Assembly: GCA_016906335.1 (NCBI GenBank)
Contig: JADEYG010000004.1
Span: 1,240,001-1,304,000 of the forward strand
Direction: 5' to 3'
DNA length: 64,000 bases
Origin: Novakomyces olei
Taxonomy: Eukaryota
Both the position numbers and the translations under genes were made by a program. Numbering within the stretch: the stretch's first letter is position 1; the number at the start of each line of letters is the position of its first letter. Shown here in pieces: positions 24,605 through 36,860 of this stretch. The notes under the pieces are model-generated. The model saw only the letters and a program-made list of their open reading frames with translations. It was not told the origin of the DNA and ran no database searches.

Positions 24605-26119
24605 ATGTCGGCCAAGTCGGTGCGGGAGTACGATGGCAAATGCATAATTGCGTACCATTTATCGCGCAGTCCGAGCGTAGCGCAGTGGAAGTATGTGACA
24701 CCGTCCATTGCGGCAGTGCCGCGGCTGGCGCATATACAGTTTGAGCAGCCGCGTGTAATCGAGGCGGACGGTTCAGGCGACTATTCCGCCCACGTGAAGC
24801 ACGTGCTCGATGTGGCCGAGATGCGGCACCCGTGGCTGCAGGACACGCGGCTCGTGGCAAAGCCGGACCAATTGATCAAACGGCGCGGAAAAGCCGGGCT
24901 GCTGTGCCTGAACGCTGATTGGCTGCAGGCGCGTCGGTGGATAGAGGAGCGCGCTGGACGCGTTCAGCAGGTGGAGCACGTGAGCGGGTGCCTCACGAGT
25001 TTTCTGGTGGAGCCCTTTGTGCCGCACGCGTCTGACGCGGAGTACTATATAAATATCCATTCTGTCCGCGAAGGCGACTGGATTCTGTTTACGCACGAGG
25101 GCGGCGTGGACGTGGGCGATGTGGACGCTAAAGCTCAGCGGCTCTTGATCCCCGTCGATCTCGCCGAGTTTCCGAGCCGCGCGGCCATTGCGCAGTCGCT
25201 GCTGGCGCAAGTGCCTAAAATCGTCGAGGACGCGCTCGTCGATTTTATTACGCGTCTCTACTCTGTCTATGTGGACTGCCAGTTTACGTACCTCGAAGTG
25301 AACCCGCTCGTGGTTGTGCCGGAGCCTGACGACGGAAAAGCCGACGGCAATGTCATCGGAAAAGCCGACGGAAAAGCCGACGGAAAAGCCGATAGAGCCG
25401 GAGTACACTGCCTCGATCTCGCTGCGCGTGTCGACCAGACGGCCGAGTTTGAGGCGGGCGCGAAATGGGCTATCGCACGGGCACCCGCGTCTCTCGGGCT
25501 CGCGCCGGACGGCAATACCCGTGTCTCGGCGGACCACGGACCGCCGCTCGAGTTTCCAGCGCCGTTTGGCCGAGAGCTGTCGGCGGCAGAGGAGTACATT
25601 GCCGCGCTGGACGCGAAAACGGGCGCGTCGCTTAAACTGACGGTGCTAAACCCGCGCGGCCGTGTATGGTCGCTTGTCGCGGGCGGAGGTGCGTCTGTCG
25701 TTTACGCGGACGCTATAGCGAACGCCGGCGGAGCCGAACAACTCGCCAATTACGGCGAATACAGCGGCGCTCCGACAGAGACACAGACGTACGAATACGC
25801 CAAAACGGTGTTTGACGTAATGCTCTCGGCACCGGCTTTGCCGAGCGGAAAGATTCTCTTTGTCGGAGGCGGAATTGCCAATTTTACAAATGTTGCGAGT
25901 ACTTTTAAAGGCATTATTCGCGCTATGCGCGAGTACCAGAGCGGTTTGCGCGCTCACGCGGTGCAGATTTGGGTGCGCCGAGCGGGGCCGAATTATGAAG
26001 AGGGACTGCGCGCTATTCGCGCTCTCGGAGAAGAGCTCAACCTGCCAATGCACATTTACGGGCCCGAGACGCACGTGTCGGGTATCGTTCCATTGGCTTT
26101 TAAGGCCATTCAGGCATAG
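24605..26119 (+). CDS. ACL2: ATP-citrate lyase subunit 2 (ATP-grasp and citrate-binding), intronless
   Basis: MSAKSVREYDGK, VAKPDQLIKRRGK, FPAPFGR, VAGGGASV, ANYGEYSGAP and GGGIANFT. Confidence 0.97.
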   Translation: MSAKSVREYDGKCIIAYHLSRSPSVAQWKYVTPSIAAVPRLAHIQFEQPRVIEADGSGDYSAHVKHVLDVAEMRHPWLQDTRLVAKPDQLIKRRGKAGLLCLNADWLQARRWIEERAGRVQQVEHVSGCLTSFLVEPFVPHASDAEYYINIHSVREGDWILFTHEGGVDVGDVDAKAQRLLIPVDLAEFPSRAAIAQSLLAQVPKIVEDALVDFITRLYSVYVDCQFTYLEVNPLVVVPEPDDGKADGNVIGKADGKADGKADRAGVHCLDLAARVDQTAEFEAGAKWAIARAPASLGLAPDGNTRVSADHGPPLEFPAPFGRELSAAEEYIAALDAKTGASLKLTVLNPRGRVWSLVAGGGASVVYADAIANAGGAEQLANYGEYSGAPTETQTYEYAKTVFDVMLSAPALPSGKILFVGGGIANFTNVASTFKGIIRAMREYQSGLRAHAVQIWVRRAGPNYEEGLRAIRALGEELNLPMHIYGPETHVSGIVPLAFKAIQA

Positions 26120-26203
26120 AGCGGGTTTAGATTGTTTGTTTATTTATTGTTTTAACACTGTCGGCTCTGCCGTCTACTTATACTCGTTGTCTTGTCTGTT
26201 TAT

Positions 26204-26920
26204 TGTACTGTTTTTTGTCTGTAATTGTGCTGTCTGTACGTCCATACTGTTCGTCTGTTCGTACTGTTCGTACTGTTTGTACGTCCGTACTGTCTGTACG
26301 TTCGTACTGTCTGTACGTTCGTACTGTCTGTACGTCCATACTGTTCGTACTGTTCGTACTGTTCGTACTGTTCGTACTGTTCGTACTGTTTGTAATGTTC
26401 GTCTGTTCGTACTGTTCGTACTGTCTGTACGTTCGTACTGTCTGTAATTTCGTACTGTCTGTAATTTCGTACTGTCTGTACGTCCATACTGTTCGTACTG
26501 TTCGTACTGTTCGTACTGTCTGTACGTTCGTACTGTCTGTAATTTCGTACTGTCTGTACGTCCATACTGTTCGTACTATCGTACTGTTCGTACTGTTCGT
26601 ACTATCGTACTGTTCGTACTATCGTACTGTTCGTACTATCGTACTGTTTGTAATGTTCGTCTGTTCGTACTGTCTGTAATTTCGTACTGTCTGTACTGTT
26701 TGTAATGTTCGTACTGTTCGTACTGTTCGTACTGTTTGTAATGTTCGTCTGTTCGTACTGTTCGTACTGTCTGTACGTTCGTACTGTCTGTAATTTCGTA
26801 CTGTCTGTACGTCCATACTGTTCGTACTGTTCGTACTGTTCGTACTGTTCGTACTATCGTACTGTTCGTACTATCGTACTGTTCGTACTATCGTACTGTT
26901 CGTACTATCGTACGTCTGTA
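26204..26920. repeat. Degenerate 8-9-bp minisatellite (gtactgttc / gtactgtct / gtactatc), about 700 bp
   Basis: Read directly, between the convergent 3' ends of ACL2 and the F-box gene. Confidence 0.95.
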
Positions 26921-27003
26921 CTCTCAGTAATACTGCTCATCTAATGTCAGCCATTCACTTTGCGTTCCATCATTAATTCCCTTTTCTGCTATAAAACGAC
27001 GTA

Positions 27004-29169
27004 CTAGCCGCCCCGGGAACTGGAAGCCCGAGAAGCCTCGTCCCACAGACGCGCAGGCTGCTCCACCCGCGACAGCTCAATTGCACGCTCAAGGTCGGCT
27101 TGAAAAGCCGAATCTTGTTCAGACTCGTCCTGCACGGTGGGCGGCACAAACGGTGCCGGCCAAGTATTTTCGAGCGAAAGCATTTGCGCGTAGGCAAGCA
27201 ACTCGGGCTCCGACAGCTCGGAGAGATGCGTTCCGACACCGATCCGGTGCAGAGACGCGTAAAGCTTTTGCTCTTCAATCTTTACGCGTTCCATTTCCAC
27301 CAAGTCTTCTTCCACATCACGTGACACAGGATCGTCTTTACGCGTAAATCCGTTGCCGGACGCGTAAGAGCTACTGTATTTACGCGCAGTTACGCGTTCG
27401 TGACGGCTATAGTCGGGCCGATCCTTCTCCTCGTAATCCCACGCTTTTACAAACTGCGTTCCAAACGAAACAATCCCACGCGCACCGTGGGATGAATGCT
27501 CTAAAAAAATGCGACACCTCCTTCGCTGTACGCTGTCAGCAGTCGCGTAAGGCCGAACGCGTCGTACTGTGGAATGCGGGGATCCCACTCCGCCCGCGTC
27601 GAGGCACCGTAATAAATTCCCCGTTATCGTTTCATACACGAGCGTCCGTCCATCGTGGGCAATGACGCCCACCACGAGTGGGCTGATGGCAATCTCGTCT
27701 ACGGCAGCCGTAAAATCGGTAGAAAAACGCAAAATAGGCGTAATTTGGCCCCCACTTTGCTGCTGCCTTATGTTATACAGGTATACATGGTGGCCTGAAT
27801 CGTCTGCCACCGCCAGCAAGCGGCCCCCACCGCCGGGAACGCCTCCAGCAAAACCGGCACTCGTATTATTTGCCCCATTTTTAGATGCTTCAGAGCCTTC
27901 CGGCTGAGCCGCCCATACACCAGCACTAAAGTGGGCAGAAGGGGGCAGCAATAGTGTCTCCTCCACTTGCTCAACGCCGTTTTGGAGGCCATTTTGGAGG
28001 CCGTTTTGGAGGCCGTTTTGGAGGCCATTTTGGAGGCCATTTTGGAGGCCATTTTGGAGGCCGTTTTGGAGGCCATTTTGGAGGCCATTTTGGAGGCCAC
28101 TTTTAAGAGTATAGCGAACAGCAAACCCTTTTGCATTTGAGCCGGCAAGTGTAGACTGTAAACTGCCCCGTCCGACTCTGGCCCCCACCCGAACCAGGAC
28201 GGACTGTGTGGAGAAATCAGCGAGCAAGACCTGCTGTGGCGGTGTGTCTACGGCCCCCACTTGTGCCCCCACTTGTGCCCCCACTTGTGCTGGAGTCTGG
28301 CCAATCAAACGCAGCCGCGCGTTTGCGTGCAGGATATCGCCCTCAGTGTACCACACGCGGCCCACCGCGTCGAGCGCCCACAGAGCGCGCGGCTTTAGCG
28401 CCGAGTACTGCACGTGCTCGACCCCGGCGCCCACGCAAAACTGTTTTAGGCACTCGCCCGCCCGCGCATCCCACACGCAGATATTCCCCTCCGCGTCGCC
28501 GCTCACGCACCCTGGTTGCCCCGGCAACGCCGCCACCGACGCGCAAACATCAATGCACGTGACTGGCGCGTGATGCACGTGACGGAAGGCGCGTGGGTTG
28601 CCAATGTCGGTGACGTAATGCGCCCACACGCAGCCGCTGGCAGACCCGAGGCAGACCAGAGTGGGGGCCATGGCGGCGGCCACTATAGGCACCCACTCCA
28701 GCCACGGTGGGGGCCGCGCTACTTGCAAAAGCTTTCCTGTGCTCGCCGTGTGCAGTGTAACCAGCCCGGAGGCACAGCTAACGGCAACGACACCGTCTCC
28801 ACCACAGCAAACGGCATCTACTGCAAACTGCACACGTGCATCGAACGTCAGTGCCCCGTCCTTCTTGCTCGCCTGATGATTACGCGTCACGCGATGCTGC
28901 CGCCGTGTTGGCGGGAGAAGGCGGCGGATCAGGTGCACACGCGCCTCATACTCCCGGCGCCACGCGTGCGAAGGGTTAGTAAGCAATGGGCTAAAGAGCG
29001 GCACAAAGGCACCGATCTTGGCATAGTTGCTCAAAAGAGCCGTCCGCCACACGGCATCGCTGTGCAATAGTCGGCTGAACCGTCGGCAAGTACCCGCAGC
29101 AGCATGCAAGTCGGCTGGCAAAAGGTAGGAAAAGACGTGCACCAGTATCTCGGACGGCCACGCGTCCAT
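27004..29169 (-). CDS. F-box/WD40 protein with C-terminal UIM-like motifs (Pof10-like)
   Basis: F-box WPSEILVHVFSYL...TCRRF. WD repeat VSGDAEGNICVWD. C-terminal ELLAYAQMLSLE and DLERAIELS. Confidence 0.8.
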   Translation of the reverse strand: MDAWPSEILVHVFSYLLPADLHAAAGTCRRFSRLLHSDAVWRTALLSNYAKIGAFVPLFSPLLTNPSHAWRREYEARVHLIRRLLPPTRRQHRVTRNHQASKKDGALTFDARVQFAVDAVCCGGDGVVAVSCASGLVTLHTASTGKLLQVARPPPWLEWVPIVAAAMAPTLVCLGSASGCVWAHYVTDIGNPRAFRHVHHAPVTCIDVCASVAALPGQPGCVSGDAEGNICVWDARAGECLKQFCVGAGVEHVQYSALKPRALWALDAVGRVWYTEGDILHANARLRLIGQTPAQVGAQVGAQVGAVDTPPQQVLLADFSTQSVLVRVGARVGRGSLQSTLAGSNAKGFAVRYTLKSGLQNGLQNGLQNGLQNGLQNGLQNGLQNGLQNGLQNGLQNGVEQVEETLLLPPSAHFSAGVWAAQPEGSEASKNGANNTSAGFAGGVPGGGGRLLAVADDSGHHVYLYNIRQQQSGGQITPILRFSTDFTAAVDEIAISPLVVGVIAHDGRTLVYETITGNLLRCLDAGGVGSPHSTVRRVRPYATADSVQRRRCRIFLEHSSHGARGIVSFGTQFVKAWDYEEKDRPDYSRHERVTARKYSSSYASGNGFTRKDDPVSRDVEEDLVEMERVKIEEQKLYASLHRIGVGTHLSELSEPELLAYAQMLSLENTWPAPFVPPTVQDESEQDSAFQADLERAIELSRVEQPARLWDEASRASSSRGG
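27976..28099 (-). repeat. 12-bp coding repeat encoding about 10 GLQN units
   Basis: ccattttggagg / ccgttttggagg units on the plus strand. Confidence 0.95.
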
Positions 29170-29199
29170 ACGACAGCAGTGGCCTCGTGAATTATATTT

Positions 29200-29552
29200 T
29201 TATAATATAATATTTTATTATAATATAATATTTTATAATATAATATAATATAATATAATATAATATAATATAATATAATATAATATAATATAATATAATA
29301 TAATATAATATAATATAATATAATATAATATAATATAATATAATATAATATAATATAATATAATATAATATAATATAATATAATATAATATAATATAATA
29401 TAATATAATATAATATAATATATAATATAATATAATATAATATAATATAATATAATATAATATAATATAATATAATATAATATAATATAATATAATATAA
29501 TATAATATAATATAATATAATATAATATAATATAATATAATATAATATAATA
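29200..29552. repeat. (TAATA)n pentanucleotide repeat, about 350 bp
   Basis: Read directly; begins about 30 bp upstream of the F-box ATG. Confidence 0.97.
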
Positions 29553-30353
29553 TACATTTTTATATATTGTACTTGCACTATATTATACTACTCGTTACCA
29601 CGCTTATCGCGTCAAAGATCTCGAATGAAAAATTGTAGAGTATTGAATTTATATGGAGGAAAAGTCTCAGCATTGGGCCTATCACAAATTTGACTGCTCC
29701 ATCCACACGTTGTACTACACAAGCACACTGGAAATAATAAATAAATCAATAAATCAATAAATAAATGAATCAATAATAAACAAAAAATTCAAGGCAGTTC
29801 GTGTTCACCGTGCGACTAGCAAAGTGATGTACAGCAAACAACAAACGCAAATTCTGCTCGCTACAATCCGCGATTGTCTGAATGCCAATGTATATAAATT
29901 CCAGTCAAATGTGCCTTACAGTAAGCTTAATACCCCTTTTGTCTGTATTACGACAGTTTCCCGTTTCGGTACTCGCAGATTCTCGCCGGCTCAGGGCAAA
30001 GTGTCCAGATTTGTATAATAGTCGTATTATATACGATTTTCACGCAATGTAAATTAATATTAATATTAATATAATAGTAATACAGTATTATGGTAATACA
30101 GTATTATGGTAATATAGTATTATATTAAAAATATATAAAAAATATACAAATAGTACAAGAAAACTGTTGAAAGCAATAATATAAACGTACCAGCTCGTTG
30201 AGCGAGCGAATAATACGTACGTAAATATTTGTATATATACGTATATATACGCTATCAAATTTATTTTAATTTATCGATTCACTCGTTTTTACATCACAAA
30301 CTCTTCGCATGGTGAAGTGCAGTCGTGCAGTGTCGGCTACACTTTACCCGTAA

Positions 30354-33022
30354 ATGGCTCCGCTCGAAGCTGCTGCGGCAGCGTCCAGCGATAAGCAATC
30401 TCAAGATCGCAGTGCGCCAAGTACAGCGGCAAAAGAACCCGCGAATGCCGGGGCAGCCGGAAGCTCGTTGGGCGGCAAAGTTCGGTTTACGCTTACCGAT
30501 CAAGACGATGAGTCCGCTAACCCCGACGACGAGGCCGGCAGCGATTCCGGCAGCAAGAGCAATGACGACGGCAACGAGTCCCGGTCGTCTTCGTCTGGCA
30601 GCCGAGCTGGCGGCAGTTTTGCTGCCATCGCTGACGATGCCGTTGCTCCGGGCAAAGAGCTCGGGAAACCCGACGGATCTGGTTCCGGGACAGATCTGCA
30701 GCAGGTCTCACACCAGCAGCAGCTGCATGAAAGATTACAGGACATGGATCTTGGCCGGGAAAGGATGACGGCTCCAAGTGCCCGGAATTTCGAACTCTAC
30801 CCTCTTCCTGTCAGCCGCGTAAGTCTAATCGTACATGTCCAACTTTTTTTTGATCTTTAAAAGTGTTTTTTAATTTTAAAAGTATTGTTTAATCCTTTAA
30901 CGTCTTTATGAAATCTTTATAAAATGTTATTTTAAAAATCTTTTTAAAGTCTTTTTAGAAATCTTTTAGAAATCTTGATTTTTTTAAAAAATATTTCTAA
31001 AATATTTCTAAAATATTTTTAATCTTTTAAAATGTTTTTAATCTTTTAAAAATCTTTTTAAAGTTTTTCTAAAAATCTTTTTCAATTTCTAAAATCTTTA
31101 TAAATCTTTTCAATCTCTGTTTTCCCTTCAGTTGCACTTTTCCCAGTCTAGGCTCTATAATTGTTTCATTATTACATTCTCGCTTAATCTGTCTTTTATT
31201 AAAACAACAGATGCCGTCGATCGAGCCTGATGCGGATCACAACGACAGCAGTGCTGTCTCAGAGTCGGCTGACCAATCGCCGAGTCTTTCGCGGCAATTA
31301 TCATACGAGCCACACCCGAGTTACGTAAATTTACGCGCTCTTGCGGACGGGCATATTGCCGAACTGCCCTCTGGTGCGCGTACACCCATCGGCGACCCGA
31401 ACGATCCTTATCGCCGGAGTCGGCGGGCTCCACAGAGCTCTAATCTCCAGGATATTCCTCCCCAATTTATCTTTAAAAAACTCGAGCCCGTTTCCGTCAG
31501 CGGCAGCAACCACCACCACCACCACCACCATTCTAATGTAAACTCTAGCAACAACTCGTCTTACCCTCAGAGCCCTACGAGCCCAGTTGGCAGTGGCAAA
31601 GAAGGGACTGGTGCAGGATCAAGTGCCAAAGACAGTTCTCCCCTCTCCTCATTCACACATCGGCACCACCACCACCACCACCATAATAAGGACGGAAACC
31701 AGCAGTCTTCTTCCGGCCTCCACCACCACCATGAAAGCGGAGGCGGCCCGCTTTCATTTGCCAAAAAGTCTAAAGCCTCGAGCAGCTCACTCGACCTTCG
31801 CCGGTTCTTCAAACCCGGCCGGAGCGATAAGCATCGTCACGACCAGACTTCTACAGCAGACGATTCTATTTCTTCTCCAGCAACAATGGCCCCCACAACA
31901 GGTGCTAATGTGGGGGACACGTCTACTCTGCGACCGAAACGGAGCAAGAAGGCCAAGAGCGGGATGCCCTTCTCCGACGACCACGCCAACCTCTCACTCT
32001 CTGGGAAATACGGTCAGTTTGGCCGAGTGCTTGGTACTGGCGCTGGTGGCTCAGTGCGTATAATGAAACGAGAATATGACGGGAAAGTCTTTGCTGTTAA
32101 AAAGTTTCGGGTTCGGGGTCCCAACGAGTCGCGTAAGGATTATGCGAAAAAGGTAACTGCCGAGTTTTGTGTAGGCAGCGCCCTCCACCACCCTAATATT
32201 ATCGAGACACTCGACATTATCCAGGAGGCCGATGATTTTTATGAGGTTATGGAATACGCTCCTTACGATTTATTTGCCATTGTCATGACAGGGCGGATGT
32301 CGCGGGAGGAAATTTACTGCTCTTTCAAACAGATCCTTAGCGGCGTCGCCTACATTCACCTGATGGGACTCGCTCACCGCGACTTGAAGCTCGACAACGT
32401 TGTCGTTGACGGCCACGGGATCATGAAACTGATCGATTTTGGTAGCGCTATCGTGTACAAGTACCCGTTTGAGAAGGATATCGTCCTGTCCTCGGGAATT
32501 GTCGGATCTGATCCTTATTTGGCCCCCGAAGTTTTCCGACAGCAGCACTATGATCCATCCGCCACCGATATCTGGTCGTGTGCAATGATTTTCTGCTGTA
32601 TGTATTTACGACGATTCCCCTGGAAGATTCCCAAGCACAGCGATAACTCGTTCCATTTATTTACTCTGCCGGATAACACGCCAGAGCGGGAGGCTGCGGA
32701 ACAGAAATTGAGGGAACAGGATCAGAGCAATAATAATAGTAGTAGTAATAATAACCCTAATAATACGAGCAGCACTCTGCCGCCTATACAGGGGCCTTGG
32801 CGACTTTTGCGACTGCTGCCCCGAGAGTCGCGTGTGCTTATTGACAGTATGCTGAGACTCGATCCCCGTCAACGGGCCACGATTGAGCAGGTTCTTAGCT
32901 CTGCATGGATGTCGGAAGTCGAAATGTGCATGGTGAACAAGTTTGGGAAAGTCTATAATGCCAAGAATCATACTCACGTGCTCGTAGCGGCTGACGGGAA
33001 TGAAAAGCCGCCGGGAACTTGA
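30354..33022 (+). CDS. NPR1: Npr1/Hal-family Ser/Thr kinase; intron 30819-31210
   Basis: LGTGAGGSV, YDLFAIVM, HRDLKLDN, LIDFG, GIVGSDPYLAPE and FPWKIPK match Npr1-type kinases. A phase-0 intron joins the two listed ORFs. Confidence 0.85.
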
Positions 33023-33240
33023 GCATTAACTGGTTTATTAATTAGCTAAGCGACTGTTATTTCTTGAATTTCATGCTACCTTTGTCGTTTTAGATTATTT
33101 TCTATTTTGTGGGTTTAATTATTGCTCATTTGTTTTGTTCTTTTTGCCTTCATTTTCGTATTTGAAATTTATTACGCTACCATTCTGCTTGCTTTTATAA
33201 CCATTGTTTCCTCATTACTTTTATTGTCTCATTATCTTTA

Positions 33241-33366
33241 TATCCTCATGATCCCCATATCCTCATGATCTCCATATCCTCATTACCTTCTTCCTCATTA
33301 CCTTCTTCCTCATTACCTTCTTCCTCATTACCTTCTTCCTCATTACCTTCTACCTCATTACCTTCA
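33241..33366. repeat. 15-bp tandem repeat (cctcattaccttctt)
   Basis: Read directly, downstream of the kinase stop codon. Confidence 0.9.
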
Positions 33367-33823
33367 TTATGTCAATTCCTCATTATTTTTAAATCCTGAT
33401 TGCTTTTACTTCATGAATTGGAATACTTTCTCATTCTCTTGTGTATATTCAATGTCGGGTATGGTACGGAGCGAGTAAAAAGTTATGACTGCAATGCGTA
33501 CTCATTTATGCCTTCGTACAATATCAATGTAAAAAGTTTGCAAGGTTGGTGAACTGTTTTGAGGGAGGCAGATTTGTGTTATTTATCGAAAGCACTTTAT
33601 ATTTTCTTAATGAAAAATGAACATGTACTCTAGGGCCGAGTTCAATGTAGACGCGAGGCAAATTTGTATAGTAGTATGTATAATAAATGAATTAGAATGA
33701 ATATTCATATTCTCAGCTCCTTTCAGCGTAGCCATGCCATTATTCCGTATAAACACGAATGAATGCAAATAAAAACCGACGTGAAAGTATATATAATGTA
33801 ACATTAAAGGGTATCAACGGAGA

Positions 33824-35031
33824 CTATGGCCGCCTCATCTGGCTCTGAACATTCTTAAATTCATCATGAGCCTGTGCGACTTTGTTGGCGAGCAGCAAAA
33901 GCAGTCGATGCTGTGATTCTAAAGCACCGACAACTGTAGCATCAGGATCTGTTCGAGCTCCAGAATGCTCTTCAATGTCTTCCAGGTACCTCTCCATTTC
34001 CTGGAGAGCTTCCGCATAAGCAGTAATCGTCCGTTCAGCGCCGTCACACGTTTCCCCGAGGTAGTTGAGAACGGGATCGTCGGCTCCACTGTACCGGGGC
34101 ACAACTGCCCCAGGTGTGCGTAATACATCAATCAGTTTTCTAGAGACAGAGAAGTGGGAAACGTCCCTCTCAACTTGTTCTCGTAGAACTGCAAGCGCGT
34201 TCCGATCAGCGTCCAATGCCGTAGCCACCCGTGACACGCGCTAGAATTAGAAATAATCAATCGCCAGTGCAAAAGATGGTCATTGACAAGAGAGAATCGG
34301 AATAAAATACGATTCATCCAAGGCTCAAATCAAATCAATCAAATAAATCAAATCAATCAAATAAATCAAATCAATCAAATAAATCAAATCAATCAAATAA
34401 ATCAAATAAATCAAATCAATCAAATAAATCAAATCAATCAAATCAATCAAATCAATCAAATCAATCAAATCAATCAAATCAATCAAATCAATCAAATCAA
34501 TCAAATCAATCAAATCAATCAAATCAATCAAATCAATCAAATCAATCAAATCAATCAAATCAATCAAATCAATCAAATCAATCAAATCAATCAAATCAAA
34601 TAAATAAATCAAATAAATCAAATCAATCAAATCAATACAAGGAAAAAGCAGTTAGAAATAGAGAAAATACCCTGGTAACTTCATCGACGTCCGTCGGGAC
34701 GGACCTCACCATATCGCCCATTGTCTGCAAATTGGCCGTATTCTCCTCCGCTAATTGCAATTGACCCCCAAACTCTTTATCCAATGCATCAAGAAAATCC
34801 TGCTGCTGCTTGGACAGTTCAGTATAGCGCGTAGTACGGTCGATCTGTGGCTGTGACGCTGTTCCCTGCTGCAGTACTCTGACAATTAGACACTATCTTC
34901 TTAGCCAATTACCCTTGAGACTGCTGCGGCGCAAATCCTGTCGTATTTGCCGCCGGCGCTGGTGAATTGCCAAACGAGAACGATCCACCCTGTGCGGGCG
35001 GCCGAGCTGCTGATGACCCAAAATTAAACAT
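33824..35031 (-). CDS. NUP49: Nup49/Nup58-like FG nucleoporin; 2 introns
   Basis: Start MFNFGSS...SFSFGNS, then IDRTTRYTELSKQQQDFLDALDK, SVPTDVDEV and a coiled-coil C-terminus ending LANKVAQAHDEF. Confidence 0.75.
34326..34636. repeat. (AATCAAATC)n 9-bp repeat within the NUP49 intron
   Basis: Read directly. Confidence 0.96.
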
Positions 35032-35057
35032 TAACAAGATCGTTGTTGCCCTGCGTC

Positions 35058-35088
<31 letters not shown>

Positions 35089-35445
35089 TGTACTTTACAC
35101 TGTGGGCGCCGACAAGAGAAAAATAATTATAGTATAGGAAAATACGTGAGCTTTTAGCCATACAATAATGAATGTAGTTAATTTATGATTGGAAAAGAAC
35201 AATATAAAGTTGCTTTCGTAGTTTGTATGTCCAAAACAATTATAGTAAATTGTCCAAATAATTTCACAACCGTATATATGATAGTTTATACGGACCATAA
35301 TAATTTCGTAATAAATTCTCCAAAATAATTCATAATAATTTAATTTATAATAGCTTATATTTCCATAATAATTTCATTAAATCTCAAAAGCAATACAAAA
35401 CGAGAGCACGTCGACGGCCAAAGTCCGTGTTTGCGTTTGAAATAA

Positions 35446-36860
35446 ATGGAGGAAGACGACGACGACTTCTTGTACGGTCCGTCGGACAAAAAACAGAAAT
35501 TAGATCCGACGGACACGAAACCCAATGGCAGCGACCAAGTAAAAAACAGCCTTGAGCAGCCGACAGACGCTCAAGTCGAGGGAGGTGGTAGCGACGAAGA
35601 GAGCGGTGAGGAAGAAAGCGACTCGGTAAGGCGGACAGGTCTTTATTTCTAATGGTCAATTGGATTGGCGCTATAAAAGCGAAAAGATCAGCTAACGAGG
35701 ATTTAGGATCTCGAAGTGATTATCAACACGAACCCGGGCGTCCGTGCAGAACAGCCTCAGAATGAGGCACTCGGCAGTTTGCAGATGGGCCGTGCGTTTG
35801 AACGAGCGCCTGCTGCGGCCGCAGAGACTGCCAAACCGATGCATTTGAAGCAGGAGCAGAAACTGCCTGCGCCTGAACTTCCGGGAGTCGATTTGGACGC
35901 GGTTGGAGAATTAAATGGACAAAAGCTGTACGACGTGGACCTCGATGGACTGAGCGATAAACCGTGGCGAAGACCGGGAGCCGACGTTTCTGATTATTTT
36001 AATTACGGGTTCGATGAGTTTACATGGACGGCCTACTGTGCAAAGCAAAGCACGCTGCGCAAGGAGTACAATCCGGCCAAGTTTATGAGCGATGTAAGGA
36101 TACTGCCTCTGCTGAGGGTTTCTGCTGTTTCTGCTGTTTCTGCTGATTTTTACTGATTTTTACTGATTTTTACTGATTTTTACTGATTTTGCTGACTTTT
36201 CTGTTTTATGCTTTGCCTATTAAATTTTTCTATTTGGTTTGACTATACCCTCTTTATCATTTGGCTTTATTGATTCCGCTTATACTGGTTATTCTCAGCG
36301 ATGCGTGCCCATGTTTGCGACGGGCTTTACTCTTTTTTTGATGCCAATAATTATCCCACTAAACATGGACCCGAATCAATACTAATGCACAGATGATGGC
36401 ACAAATGTCTGGTGGGGCAGACATGCTGCCCCCACCGGACATGCAGGCCATGATGGGTGGGGGTATGCCACAGTTTCCGCCAGAGTTGATGATGGGCATG
36501 GCCGGTATGGGCCAGATGCCAATGCCCCAACCCCCACAAATGCCTCATATGGGGGTCATACCCCCACAGCAGCCTGGACGGGGTGGCGGCATGAGATCGG
36601 GACCAGATCAGGAGCGAAATTATATCCCACCGGACATGGACGCGCCTAGAGGCGGACGCGACTTTGTCGGTGGCCGGGATATTGAAGGTGGGATGGTTCC
36701 AGGCCGAGAACGCGACTCACGCGATTACCGAGATGTACGCGAGTACCGCGACGTGAAACGCGAACGCGATTATCGCGATCGGGAATGGGAAAGGGAAAGG
36801 GAAAGAGAAAGGGAGGACGAGCGGCTGGATCGACGTGGTATGCGGAATAGGAGGCGGTGA
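35446..36860 (+). CDS. FIP1: Polyadenylation factor Fip1; introns 35626-35707 and 36094-36392
   Basis: Acidic start [11 protein letters not shown], Fip1 motif [27 protein letters not shown], Pro/Met-rich region and RE/RD-rich tail. Confidence 0.95.

Noticed and set aside
26204..26920. CRISPR-like or telomeric array
   Set aside because: Eukaryotic context, no unique spacers, no cas genes, and the array is internal with short degenerate units.
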